Source of the DNA: an uncultured Planctomycetota bacterium
Lineage (GTDB): Bacteria; Planctomycetota; Planctomycetia; Isosphaerales; Isosphaeraceae
Length of the DNA: 64,000 nucleotides
Assembly (NCBI GenBank): GCA_963823665.1
Contig: CAWGMQ010000010.1
Coordinates: 128,001 to 192,000, forward strand
Reading direction: 5' to 3'
Under the pieces are notes generated by a model, which made no database searches, was not told the DNA's origin, and worked only from the letters and a program-made list of their open reading frames with translations. Made by a program: the position numbers and the translations under genes. Shown in pieces: positions 1 to 10,028 of the stretch. Positions within the stretch are counted from its first letter, which is position 1, and every line of letters starts with the position of its first letter.

Positions 1-383
1 GCAGAATCGACTCCGATTCGGGTTGCTGTCGGTCTTATACGGATGGATGGTCGGGGCGGAGAAGCAGTTTTTCTATTCCATCACGCCGCCGAACCTGGTC
101 TATTCCTTCGATCACGACGCGTTCTTCCCTTCCGGGCCGGCTTGGTATCTCGAATCCCTCGGCCTGGCGCCGTACCCCGACGTGGATGATGTTATCGTGG
201 ACCAGTGCGGCCTGAGACGGCGCGAGGCTCGATCAGGCCTGCGCCTCTCGTCAGAAAATCTCGACCGGCATGATCGCATCGGCCATCGCGTCAGTCCCCG
301 TCGGCTGGGGTGGGGTTAATGAATCAGAGCGGCTCGCACTCGCCCAGTACCTCTGGGGCCGGTGCGAGACGATGCGAACGTAA
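1..383 (+). CDS. HipA-like kinase, C-terminal part (runs off the window edge; one frameshift near 240-270)
   Basis: RFGLLSVLYGW...LVYSFDHDAFFP resembles the HipA-like kinase DH motif region. A second frame continues MIASAIASVPVGW...LAQYLWGR to TAA at 381-383, which overlaps the next ATG (TAATG). Confidence 0.6.
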
Positions 384-1210
384 TGGAGCTGGATTCAATG
401 GCAAGCTTCTACACCGTAGTTCAGTTCGTCCCGGATCCAGTCGCCGACGAGCGCATTAATGCCGGCGTCATTGTCTTCGGCGATGGTCGGATTCTCGTGC
501 GCTTCGTGGAGAACTGGAACCGTCTCCAGCGGTTCGGTAACAAGGACGTCTCGTTTTTGAGGCAATTCGCTTCGGATCTGAGCGAGCGGGCTCATGGCGG
601 AGAAGCGCACCCTCAACTCACCGAGCAGATGCTGCGGGAAATGGTAGCTACGTGGAGAAACGCCATACAGTTCACGCCGCCCAGAGGCTCGCTCCTAAGC
701 CTGGAAGAGCTACTCGTCGACGCCGAGGCTCGGTTCCTGGCGAACGACCATCCGCAGCAGAACCGTCCCGTCACTCGCTGGTACATGAAAAGGTTGGCCT
801 TCGACGCCACCTGCCTTGCTTTCGTCCAGCGCGGAGGCGAGCGAGCGCGGAGGCTCGTCAAACGGAACTTCAACATCGGAGGCGCGATCACGGAGCACCC
901 GTTCTCCCTGGCGATCGCCAACGGCAAACCGCTCGTCGCCGCCGAGGTCTTCTCGTTCGTGGGAACCGATCGCAAAGCCCAGGAGAAGGACGTCATGGCT
1001 ACCGCCTGGGCATTTGAGGATGTCCGAAAGCGACATGGCTTGCTCGAATTCGCGGCGCTGGTGCTAACTGATGAAGAGCCGTCTCCGACGTTCGGAGACG
1101 CCGAAAAGATCTTCAACAGCTTAGGAGTGCGAATCGTGCCGAGAGACCGCGTGGAAGAGTGGTCGGATGAAATCGCCGGGAAGGTGCTGGTCGATGTGAA
1201 GTTGAGGTAG
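383..1210 (+). CDS. DUF3037 domain protein
   Basis: YTVVQFVPDPVADERINAGVIV and IQFTPPRG match DUF3037. Translationally coupled to the HipA-like gene. Confidence 0.8.
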   Translation: MELDSMASFYTVVQFVPDPVADERINAGVIVFGDGRILVRFVENWNRLQRFGNKDVSFLRQFASDLSERAHGGEAHPQLTEQMLREMVATWRNAIQFTPPRGSLLSLEELLVDAEARFLANDHPQQNRPVTRWYMKRLAFDATCLAFVQRGGERARRLVKRNFNIGGAITEHPFSLAIANGKPLVAAEVFSFVGTDRKAQEKDVMATAWAFEDVRKRHGLLEFAALVLTDEEPSPTFGDAEKIFNSLGVRIVPRDRVEEWSDEIAGKVLVDVKLR

Positions 1211-1276
1211 TGGTGGAGCTCGATGCGGCTGAGGCCCCAACTTCACCCACGATTTCAAGGAGCAAGTCGTTGGTGA

Positions 1277-1465
1277 GTGGGTCCGGGCGCTGGCGGCAAT
1301 AGTCCTGACGCGGCGCGGCGATTTGTCGGTCGTCGGGACGAAGCAGGTGTTCGGAAGTTCTACACTCGAGTCCAAAACGCCGGCCTGTTTCCGACTATCC
1401 TCCGCACGCCGGCTCGGCCTCCGGATGAGGCTCTGTTCGAGCGACAGATTGAGGACCTGGAATGA
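1277..1465 (+). pseudogene. C-terminal remnant of a Schlafen/AlbA_2 protein (copy 1)
   Basis: AGVRKFYTRVQNAGLFP...FERQIEDLE parallels DKGVRKFVAR...LDEQIEGLK at 2100-2220. Confidence 0.55.
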
Positions 1466-1645
1466 GCGTCGCTCAAGAACAAACCCTCGCGGAAAAGATC
1501 CGAGCGCGCGGCTACTGGCGCGTCGTGATCCGGCCTGCGAAATTCGAACGGAATCACATCGGAGCGTGTACGGAGCTTTTCGAGATCGTCGAAAAGAATA
1601 CCGTGCGTTTCCGAGGTTGGGAGTACCCGCGTGTCGACCGCCAAA
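1462..1645 (+). pseudogene. N-terminal remnant of the RGWDYP-motif partner protein (copy 1)
   Basis: KIRARGYWRVVIRP...RFRGWEYPRVD aligns with the first ~60 aa of 2220..2918, and similarity then stops abruptly. Confidence 0.7.
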
Positions 1646-1647
1646 GG

Positions 1648-2223
1648 CGTTTCTCGCGAGGGTCATTCGTGGGATGCTCGGCATGGCCAACCGACGAGAC
1701 GGCGGCTACGTCATCATCGGCGTGGAATCGACGAAGCGCGGGCCTATCGGCACTGAATTCAATCCAGTCGGGCTAAGCGAAGAACAAGCTGCCTCTTGGC
1801 TCGATTACGATGACCTGTCCAGTGCCGTGAACGAGTACGCCAGTCCAAGCGTCACTTTCGAGCCGATACGCCTGATCCACCAGCAACGTGAGTTCGCCAT
1901 TATTCGCGTTCACGATTTTGCCGACATTCCGATACTGTGCACCAAGGATTACGGCGGGTCCGGAGGACGCGTCCGTGGGGTGCCGGCCAAACTGCGCAAA
2001 TCCTCCGTCGGGGGGCCTGCTACGTCCGGTCTCGTAACAAACCCGAGACGTCTGAAATTCCGTCTGAGGAGGAAATGCGGGAACTGCTAGAACTCGCGAT
2101 TGACAAGGGTGTTCGAAAGTTCGTCGCCCGGCGCAAACGGCAGGCTTATTTCCCTCGATCAGTGCAACAGTCCGCCGGGGTGACGAGACGCGATTGGACG
2201 AGCAAATCGAGGGTCTGAAATGA
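1648..2223 (+). pseudogene. Schlafen/AlbA_2 domain protein (copy 2), N-terminally truncated and frameshifted
   Basis: MLGMANRRDGGYVIIGV motif, followed in another frame by ILRRGACYVRSRNKPETSEI...EEMRELL. No N-terminal E-x-E-x-K segment is present. Confidence 0.7.
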
Positions 2224-2918
2224 GCACGATCAGAGCGCAGACGACTTTGAGCAAACTGCGGATGCGGGGTCATTGGCGTGTCGTAATCAGGCCCACGATG
2301 TTCGATAACGAGCATATACCGAAGGACGCCGATCTCTTCTCGATCGTCGAGAGGAGATCGGTGCGACTGCGGGGTTGGGATTATCCGCACATTGATTACC
2401 AATCCCAGCCGTTACGAGGAGTGGACTGGGTTGGCCAGGAATATGATCGGGAGGATGAGATCGAGGTCTGGCGTCTCTACACGAGCGGTCAGTTCATCCA
2501 CTTCTTCGCTCTGGCCGGTGAATGGCGGGACTATTCCACGGTCTGGCCTCCGGAAGGGGACTGGGAGCCTGGCCGCAACATGTATTACCTCCAGACGGTT
2601 TATTCCTTCGTCGAAATTCTTGAGCTCGCTTCTCGCCTCGCACTCTCGCCTGCCGGCGCGGCTTTCATGCGTGTGGAAATTAATATCAAGGAGCTTCAAG
2701 GGCGCCGTCTTGTGGAACCAGACCGCGCGTTCCGATTCAGCCGGGATTACATCGCCGACTCGCCGGACTGGAGACATTCCTGGGAGGGCACACAGACAGA
2801 ATTAATCGCGCGGCCTCGTGAGCTGGCTGCCGAGGCTTCCCAGAGTTTATTCGCTCGGTTCGGGCTCGACATCAGCCCGGAGATCCTGGCGAGGGTCCAG
2901 GCGCGAATTGGGCGTTGA
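2220..2918 (+). CDS. Conserved hypothetical protein (RGHWRVVIRP / RGWDYPHID motifs)
   Basis: Intact 232-aa ORF with ATGA overlap to the AlbA_2 gene and a paralogous fragment at 1462. Confidence 0.75.
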   Translation: MSTIRAQTTLSKLRMRGHWRVVIRPTMFDNEHIPKDADLFSIVERRSVRLRGWDYPHIDYQSQPLRGVDWVGQEYDREDEIEVWRLYTSGQFIHFFALAGEWRDYSTVWPPEGDWEPGRNMYYLQTVYSFVEILELASRLALSPAGAAFMRVEINIKELQGRRLVEPDRAFRFSRDYIADSPDWRHSWEGTQTELIARPRELAAEASQSLFARFGLDISPEILARVQARIGR

Positions 2919-3078
2919 GTCCGCTCGGGATTCGGCGCCTTTTGATCACGGCTTTCGCGTATCCGGGGTCGCCGGACGGAGCCGGCTCCAACAAAGTCGT
3001 TTGCTCGGCTCGCTCGATTTGGTGATCTGTTCCTGACGACTCTTCCGAAGCACGTTGCGGCACGGTTTCGGAGACGGA

Positions 3079-3290
3079 TCACCACTCTGGCGGCAAGAAG
3101 CTGAAGAAACGGCACAGATGCCCTCGCGCCGTACTGATGGCTAGCGGTTCTGCCTTCTCGTCGCGTTCGTGCACCAGGCTGTTTCGAAAGTCGCGTACCA
3201 AGTGACCGTTGTCTCGTTGAGGGTCAGGAATCCGACATCTGGCGGCCAGAGCGTTGAGAAGGTCCACGGTGTTCGGCTCTGTTTTCCAGC
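3079..3290 (-). pseudogene. C-terminal remnant of a HEPN-like protein
   Basis: LLNALAARCRIP...VRDFRNSLVHE contains an R-x4-H motif. It has no start of its own and is joined out of frame to the end of the upstream gene. Confidence 0.5.
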
Positions 3291-3937
3291 ATCTCCGCGA
3301 GGACCCTCTCCAATGCCTCCTTCGAAAGCGGCACTGCATCCGCCTCAGAGATTGTTGCGACGGCCGTGGTACCTGGGAACATGTAGTGCAGGTTCCAGCG
3401 GTTCTCATGGTAGTAGAGACTGGCGATGTCATCGTAAGCCGGCGTCAGGTATAGATCGACGACGCCCTGAACGCCCGAGGAGGACCGCCCCACCGGCTCG
3501 AGCAGGATACGGCAAGTGTCTTCCTGCATCAGCAGGGCTGGCACGCGGTGTTTGCCGATCCAGTCGTCGTCGAGCTTCTTTTCGACACTGCGGGTGGACC
3601 ATTGCAATTCCCTGGCCCAGCTTTCCACTTGATCGACGAGGGACTTAACGGAGTCGATCCAGACGGTACGTGCCCTGATCCGCTCTTCGGCTTCTTTCTC
3701 CATCTCTTGCTTTGCGGACTTCGGGTCATCTGGCGTATCGCTCCAGTCGAAGTTGATGATATCCCCTTCTTGCCGGGCGGTGAGGATGAACCGAGGTGCT
3801 CGCTCGGGCGTGCCGTTCGGGCTGCGTTTCTGCTCTGGCCCGTTCGGAGTGAAGGTAAAGACCAGCAATCCACCTTTGCCTTCGGGTTCGTAGACGCTGG
3901 CCTTGTAGCGCTCTCGATCTGCCGTTTGGTCGCTCAT
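3224..3937 (-). CDS. Hypothetical protein
   Basis: Protein-like ORF (WARELQWSTR...VDLYLTPAYDDIASLY). Its natural 3' end appears replaced at ~3290. Confidence 0.65.
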   Translation of the reverse strand: MSDQTADRERYKASVYEPEGKGGLLVFTFTPNGPEQKRSPNGTPERAPRFILTARQEGDIINFDWSDTPDDPKSAKQEMEKEAEERIRARTVWIDSVKSLVDQVESWARELQWSTRSVEKKLDDDWIGKHRVPALLMQEDTCRILLEPVGRSSSGVQGVVDLYLTPAYDDIASLYYHENRWNLHYMFPGTTAVATISEADAVPLSKEALERVLAEMLENRAEHRGPSQRSGRQMSDS

Positions 3938-4638
3938 TGCGGTTGTTCCTTCCAGGCAAGAATGCCGGTCCTTGTGAGGCATAGGCCGCGCTGGAGCTCG
4001 TCACTTTGTCTGCCGGGTGCCTTTTTAATCATTGTACACCGTCGGGGCGCCGAACACTCCGCGAAATGGACGCTATGGTGTCGATCGGTTCGTTCATGGC
4101 CCCTAATTTAGCGATGATTGCATCAGGGTCCTCGGACTGAGCATCTCTGCACCGTGGGCGCATCTCGCAGACCTGGGGTGACGCCGGGGTGTCGGGAGCT
4201 CGCGTCGCCGGCCAGTCAGGATCTCTTCGCGAGCTTCGGGGAGACGTTGTCACTCGTGAGTCTGCGCCTTGCACAGGAGAACGCAACCCGCGGAAGGTGA
4301 GATTGAAGTGGCTCTGCGTTACGGAAATAATTGCATTGGAGGCTCTGCTGAGGGGTTGCTAGCGGGTGGCCCCGACTGCTTTGCCTCTTTTTTCATCTGC
4401 GGCGGGCATGGTGTTGAATGGATGTCGGTGATCCGGTCGGGCATTCATCGCGAGGTTGGTCGCATGTGGGAACCCAAGGGCGAAGTCATTGAGGCGGGGT
4501 AATCGGTTCCTGAGGGGTTTTCTGGACGGTGGAATTCACCTTCGCCGGGGCGTGGGCAGAATGCTATGATCGTGAGGGGATTGGGGCGTTCGGCCGGAGT
4601 GGTCAGGGCGCGGTAAGCTCGGGCGGAAGTGGTATCCA

Positions 4639-5106
4639 GTGGAGGCGCGGCTGATGAGTCAGTCGCTGGCGGTGGAGCTCCCAGACGAGCTCGCGCGGCG
4701 CGCGCGGAGTGCGGCCGCAGCCGCCAATCGCCGGCTTGAGGACGCGGCGGTCGACTGGATTAGCCAGGCCATCGCGGAGCATGAGATGGCGGGGGTCTCC
4801 GACGGCGAGGTATTGGCGCTTTGCGACGCGATGATCGACGACGAACTTCAGGCGGAGTTAAGTGGTTTGCTATCGGCTGCCGGAGAGGGCGCGCTGGAGG
4901 GATCCGAGCGTGGGCGGCTGGATGAGCTCATCGCGCTTTATCGACGCGGGCTGGTGCAGAAAGCACGCGCGTGGAAGGAGGCGGTCGCGCGAGGCATCCG
5001 AGCATCGGTGGACGATGCCGGTGCGGATGCCGATCATGCCGCGCGATTGGATTTCGCCGGACGTTTCAGAGCGGACGTCGGCACGAGATCCCGAGTCCGG
5101 CATTGA
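4639..5106 (+). CDS. Small helical protein, putative antitoxin partner of the HNH gene
   Basis: N-terminal SLAVELPDELARR (ribbon-helix-helix-like). TGcTATGAT extended -10-like motif at 4562-4570. Overlaps the HNH remnant. Confidence 0.6.
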   Translation: MEARLMSQSLAVELPDELARRARSAAAAANRRLEDAAVDWISQAIAEHEMAGVSDGEVLALCDAMIDDELQAELSGLLSAAGEGALEGSERGRLDELIALYRRGLVQKARAWKEAVARGIRASVDDAGADADHAARLDFAGRFRADVGTRSRVRH

Positions 5107-5302
5107 AACGGTCCTGATCAACCCGCGGACGCAGCGTTGGTCCGAACACTTCTGCTGGTCAGCGGATGGCATTCGAGTGGTGGGGCTGACGCCGACAGGG
5201 CGTGCTACGGTTGCCGCTCTGCATCTTGCGGACGATCCTGATGCGCTGATCGTGAGAGCGTACTGGGTGCTCGCGGGTTGGCATCCACCAAGTGACGTGT
5301 GA
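5036..5302 (+). pseudogene. HNH endonuclease with the catalytic core deleted in frame
   Basis: MPRDWISPDVSER joins directly to the family C-terminus DPESG..LINPRTQRWSEHFCW..GLTPTGRATV..WHPP. No CxxC or HNH residues remain. Confidence 0.65.
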
Positions 5303-5339
5303 CGGGAGCGCGGTTTTCGGTTCCTGGCACCTTTTCCGC

Positions 5340-6267
5340 TCCGGAAGAAGCGCTGAGGGTCGAGGATCTCCAGCAAGGCGGTGAAGCTGTTGGAGTGGCC
5401 GTTGTGGGGCGTGGCTGAGAGGAAAAGCCGGTGCTCGAAGCGCGGGGCGATGTCGCGGATGGCGCGGGTGATGTGCGAGTCGATGGCGTACTTCTGGCCG
5501 CTCGAGGGGGCGGCGTGGTGGGCTTCGTCGAGGATGAGCAGTGTGCCGCTACGGAAATCGCCCAGCCAGTCGCGGAGCGGACCGACGTATGCTTCGTCGA
5601 TCAGGAGGCGATGCGAGACGAGGAAGCGGGAGTGGGTGCTCCACGGGTTGACGCCGAAGCCGCGTTCCAGGCGGATCTGCTTCATGTAGTCTTTGTCGAG
5701 CACCTCGAACGTCAGGCCGAACCGGCTCTCGAGCTCGTCTTTCCACTGGTAGATCATGGACGGCGTGCAAGAGACGATGATCTCGCGGGCCTTCTTGCGC
5801 AGCAGCAACTCGCGGGCGATGAGGCCGGCCTCGATGGTTTTGCCCAGGCCGACGTCATCGGCGATGAAGAGGTTGACCCGAGGGAGACGGAGTGCTTTGC
5901 GGAGGGGCTCGAGCTGGTAAGCATCCAGACGAATCCCCGCGCGGAATGGGGACTGGAACAACCGCGGGTCCGTCGAGGTGACGCAGTTCCAGCGGAGTGT
6001 GTTCAAGTAGGCTGCGAACAGTTTCGGCTGGTCAAATCCGCGCTTGGCGATGGATTCCCAGGCCTCGCCGGTGATGATCTCGCGGTCGATCTCGCGCTCC
6101 CAGAGCACCTCCAGAGGCTGGCCCTGGGCGTCGTCGTCGACGCACGAGAGGCGGACGAGTGTTCTTTCGCCTTCGCGCTGGGGAAGCACAATCTTCTCGA
6201 CGAGATAGAGGCGCTGGCGCACACGGGCTATTTGTCCGGATTCTGGGGCAGCGATCATGGTGCTCAC
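5340..6267 (-). pseudogene. drmD: DISARM SNF2-like helicase DrmD, N-terminal third only
   Basis: GQIARVRQR..LSCVDDDAQGQPLEVLWE N-terminus, plus IADDVGLGKT, DEAHH and LSATPHNG. Homology ends after LDPQRF and there is no helicase C domain. Confidence 0.8.
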
Positions 6268-6934
6268 GTCGTGGTGCGCTCCAGGTCAACGAGCGTTGTT
6301 TATCTGGCCGAGGATCGAATGCCGACATTCGCCGCTGGCGGCTCGCGGCTGTGCGTGAACTCACTTTGCGGTGAACTGCCGGGCTCGGCGTCGGTGTTTT
6401 CCATCGGCGCGCGATTGGATCAGAGGATACACGGTGGTGGAGGCTGTCTGCGAGAAGTATCCCGTTCCGCGAATTCTGCTTGGACGCGCAAGGCGAGACT
6501 GCCGCGCAGCACCGGATTCGTTGGGGTGGTTTTTATCGCTGTGGTGGGGGATGCGGAATCGGTATTAGCTTGCGAACGGAGCCGGGATGCCCCTTCGCTG
6601 AGCGAAGGGCGACATTGGGATTGACGGCGCCCGCAAGCTTCTCGATCGCTCCAGCGAGGTACGTCACGGAGTCCATGCGCTCGGCGCCAGGGGTTTTGGT
6701 TCGGAGTGTCTTCTGGGATTTCGGCGAGCCGGGCACGGGCACGTTCTGCAATGTTGTTGTTCGCGTCGATCTCGATCACCTTGCACCCGCAATCGCCGGC
6801 ATCTTCACGCCGGTCGTCGAAACTTGAAACACGTGAAGTACGCAGCCTGCCTGGCGAAGTTCGGGTAGATACGGATTCGATGCAGGCGCATGGGGCCGCG
6901 GGCGATGTCCAGACGCGCCATGTTCATGGACTAA

Positions 6935-7150
6935 GAATACGAGTACGAGCAGGAGTACGAGTATGAGCAGGAGTCGGAGTGGTGCGGTCGTGCGACTCTC
7001 AGTACGCGGCTGCGGGGACGGACGCCCCCTGGCCCCCCCTTCTAAAGGGGGGGAAGCTTGGCGCACGATTCGCGGCGGGAAATCTTCGCCCCTTACTCTG
7101 CAAGTTTTCGACAGGCCACCCTGGCCCCGCCTTTGCAACGAGGGGAAAGG
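6935..7150 (+). repeat. Dispersed composite repeat, copy A
   Basis: Homologous to the reverse complement of 37488-37755 (GGAGTGgTGCGGTCG...GGGACGG and GGGGGGGAA..TTGGCGCA...CTGCA..TTTTC.ACAG). Confidence 0.65.
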
Positions 7151-7460
7151 ACGGGCGGGGCTTTCTTTGCCAGCTTTTTGGCCGCGGCGCGCAAATTCGC
7201 AGGTTCGATCGAATTGGTCGTTGCATGCGTTGCGACGTGAAAAAAATTCCAGGTTTTCTGGTCGACGAAATTGCCAAATTCGGGAAACCCGTCGCATATT
7301 ATCTGTAGCTCAAAGTCGATTGCCGACACTGGTGTCGGCGCGATGGGCACCCACGTCTCTGGATCCGATTAGTTGCGTTCACATCTACTTATGAAATTCT
7401 CGAGGTCGCGGGACTTCGGGCCAGGCTTCCAAGCTCATTTGAATAGGAATTTATACTGAT

Positions 7461-9863
7461 ATGGCCTCAGACGCACAAATCAATGCGAATCGGCGCAATG
7501 CGTTACGCTCGACCGGGCCTAAAAGTCCGGAATCCCGGGCGAAGAGCGCTCGCAATAGTCGGAAGCACGGGATGCGATCGGAGCGGGAGAAGCTCGCGCG
7601 GGAGGAAAGCATCGCGTATGAAGCGCGATACTTTCGCTGGTCCGCGCATTATGGGGTGGAGAGTGACCCCGAGGAGTTTCTATTAAATGCCAACCTGTTC
7701 CTGGCGTCCGACATGGATCGGGTGAGGGGTGCCTACCTGGAACTCACTCAAAGCCAGATCGACAATGCCGAGGACGACGAGATCAAAGAGGTGCGCGAGA
7801 CGGGCGACTTGCTGTTCACCGATTCACGAGGCGTGCCGGTTTCGTTGTATGGCACCCGTCGGTTTAACAACAAGAAGCCGGGGGGGCCGTCATGGGGTAG
7901 CGAAAATGCGCCGGCGATCGACCCCGAGGAGCTCGTGGGGAAACTGGAATCGAGCGCGATGGGGTGCTACTGGATCCTGGAGGTTCTGGAGGAACTGCTT
8001 GAGCGGGCGCGCAAGCGATTCTGGGCAAGCGGCGATCGGCTGATGATGATCAGGTTGCTGGGGCGGCATCCTGTGGACGGCGTGGCGGACCGGAGGGTCG
8101 CTGAGGTTTTCGCGGCAAGCTACGCGCTTCGGCCGGTGAACAAACCGTTTGACGATCTGCTCAGCGATATGAATGAGCTGGCGCTCGAGGCCCATGTGAA
8201 GGAAATCGCGGCGGCGTGGCCTGACCTTTCGCACAAAGGTGAAAAGGAGAAGGCCAGGCAGAGCCTGATCGAGCTGGTGGAGGGCGAGATCGAGCGGGTG
8301 TGGGCCATTGCGGCGGAACATGACACCCATATCAAGGATGAACCTGCGCGGACGAGGCGACGCAAGGGATTTGTTTATACCAAGGAAGCTGAGGCGATGC
8401 GGCGATGGTTCGCGCGCGCCAAGGGGTCGGTGGAGCGAGGGGGCAAGGTAATTCGGCAGGAGGTACGGGCGCGGAAGGCGGATAACCATGCGGAGACGCT
8501 GCCGCCGGTGCCTGGGAAAGATGTTAGCCCGTATGATGGGCGGCCGTCGTCTTGGTGGAGGGCGGACGTGGGGGGCGAGCGGAAGGCAGGACGGAGGGCG
8601 GAGGACGGAGGGAGGGGTCAGGAGACCGGCGCCCAACATGGTGAGACCCGCGCCCAACATGTTGACGGAGGGACGGGGCGGGAGAGTGGCGATCAGCTCG
8701 CTGACTTTGGGGGGACGGGAGACCTGCGGTCGGGTGGAGGGCGGCGACCCTTCGGGTGCCCGGAGACTCTCGCCCAACACGCGGATGGGGAGGCGGATTC
8801 GGGTGACTGTGGGAGCGGCGGGCCACTCGCTGATGGTGGTTCGGGCGCGGCGGTTGAGATTGGCCGTGAGGCGCGGGCGGGCGGCACACGGAGTGTGCCT
8901 GCTACTCCAATTAGTGCGGGCGGCACACGGAGTGTGCCTGCTACTTCGAATGAGAAGCGCCGCGGGTGGGATTCGGTCGTGGTCGAGGAATCGGACATTC
9001 TGGCGTGTGGGGGTTATCTTCCCGAGAAATACGTGGGCGGTGAGAGCGATGGCGCCTGTGAGGACGAGGCTCCGGCTGCGCTTGAGGACGAGGCTCCGGC
9101 TGCGCTTGAGGACGAGGCTCCGGCTGCGCTTGAGGACGAGGCTCCGGCTGCGCTTGAGGATGAAGTGCCGAATCTTGAAACGGCGAGTTCAGAATCTGAG
9201 GAAGCCGGGACCTGCGAGAGGGAACAGAAGGCGGAAGATGTGGTCGAGGTCACGCAGGAGCGACTGGCGGAAGATGGTGGTCGAGCGTGTGACGAACAGG
9301 TGGGCGATCAGACCAGGGAGGGCTCAACACTTGTCATCCGCGAGCACCCCCCCACCGCCACCTGCGGTGGCACCACCCCCACGAGCGGGGAGGAAAATGC
9401 GCCGAACGAAGCCAATTTTAGTGATGACGTGTGCATAGCACAACATCAAGATATTATTGAAGTTCCGACGAATTCTGGCGGTGTTTCGGGACTTGACGAT
9501 TGTCAAACGAAGCCAATTTTGGAAACGAAGCCAATTCCGGCGGGCGGTGAGGAGGCGGGTGGAACCGGAGGTTCAACACAGCCGGTTGGACGTGCCCTGA
9601 CGGACTACGAGCGACGGGACGCGTGGAAGGAAATCAGGCGGCGGGAGTGGATTCGTCAACGTGCGGAGAAGGAGGCGCGGGAGCGGGAGGCGCTTGGCGA
9701 GGTTGAATTCGGGGGTAGCGAATACTGGGACGACTTCGTCGACATCGGGGGAAGCCGTACCGCCGCACGACGTGCGGGGGCCGTGAGCGAATGTGGGGGC
9801 TGGTGCGCGGCGAGCGGATCACTGGCGGGTGGCGCCGTCTACCGGCCCTGGCCCCCCTTTTGA
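7461..9863 (+). CDS. Hypothetical protein (QINANRRNA..STGPK..KHG N-terminal family) with a repeat-derived C-terminal half
   Basis: 800-aa ORF with a recognisable conserved N-terminal motif and a low-complexity second half. Confidence 0.7.
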   Translation: MASDAQINANRRNALRSTGPKSPESRAKSARNSRKHGMRSEREKLAREESIAYEARYFRWSAHYGVESDPEEFLLNANLFLASDMDRVRGAYLELTQSQIDNAEDDEIKEVRETGDLLFTDSRGVPVSLYGTRRFNNKKPGGPSWGSENAPAIDPEELVGKLESSAMGCYWILEVLEELLERARKRFWASGDRLMMIRLLGRHPVDGVADRRVAEVFAASYALRPVNKPFDDLLSDMNELALEAHVKEIAAAWPDLSHKGEKEKARQSLIELVEGEIERVWAIAAEHDTHIKDEPARTRRRKGFVYTKEAEAMRRWFARAKGSVERGGKVIRQEVRARKADNHAETLPPVPGKDVSPYDGRPSSWWRADVGGERKAGRRAEDGGRGQETGAQHGETRAQHVDGGTGRESGDQLADFGGTGDLRSGGGRRPFGCPETLAQHADGEADSGDCGSGGPLADGGSGAAVEIGREARAGGTRSVPATPISAGGTRSVPATSNEKRRGWDSVVVEESDILACGGYLPEKYVGGESDGACEDEAPAALEDEAPAALEDEAPAALEDEAPAALEDEVPNLETASSESEEAGTCEREQKAEDVVEVTQERLAEDGGRACDEQVGDQTREGSTLVIREHPPTATCGGTTPTSGEENAPNEANFSDDVCIAQHQDIIEVPTNSGGVSGLDDCQTKPILETKPIPAGGEEAGGTGGSTQPVGRALTDYERRDAWKEIRRREWIRQRAEKEAREREALGEVEFGGSEYWDDFVDIGGSRTAARRAGAVSECGGWCAASGSLAGGAVYRPWPPF
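8877..8944 (-). repeat. Two GTAG-type REP copies inside the ORF (39 bp period)
   Basis: Reverse complement of GTAGCAGGCACACTCCGTGTGCCGCCCGC, twice. Confidence 0.9.
9060..9165 (+). repeat. 24-bp coding tandem repeat, 4 copies plus a partial (EDEAPAAL)
   Basis: GAGGACGAGGCTCCGGCTGCGCTT repeated. Confidence 0.95.
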
Positions 9864-10028
9864 AAAAGTGGTTCATGCCAAGGCGCGACTGTGCAAAGAA
9901 GTCGGGGGAGAAAGAGTGGGTCACGCAAAGGCGCAAAGAGGAAAAAGGCGCAAGCTGACAAACCGAGGGCAAGGGGGGGAAAGGGAGGTGCGGGGGTTTC
10001 GCTGGGAGCGGGCCGTTTCGGCCGCGTG

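Noticed and set aside
4870..6267. A complete DISARM system
   Set aside because: Only a truncated drmD is present. No drmA/B/C or methylase is in the window.
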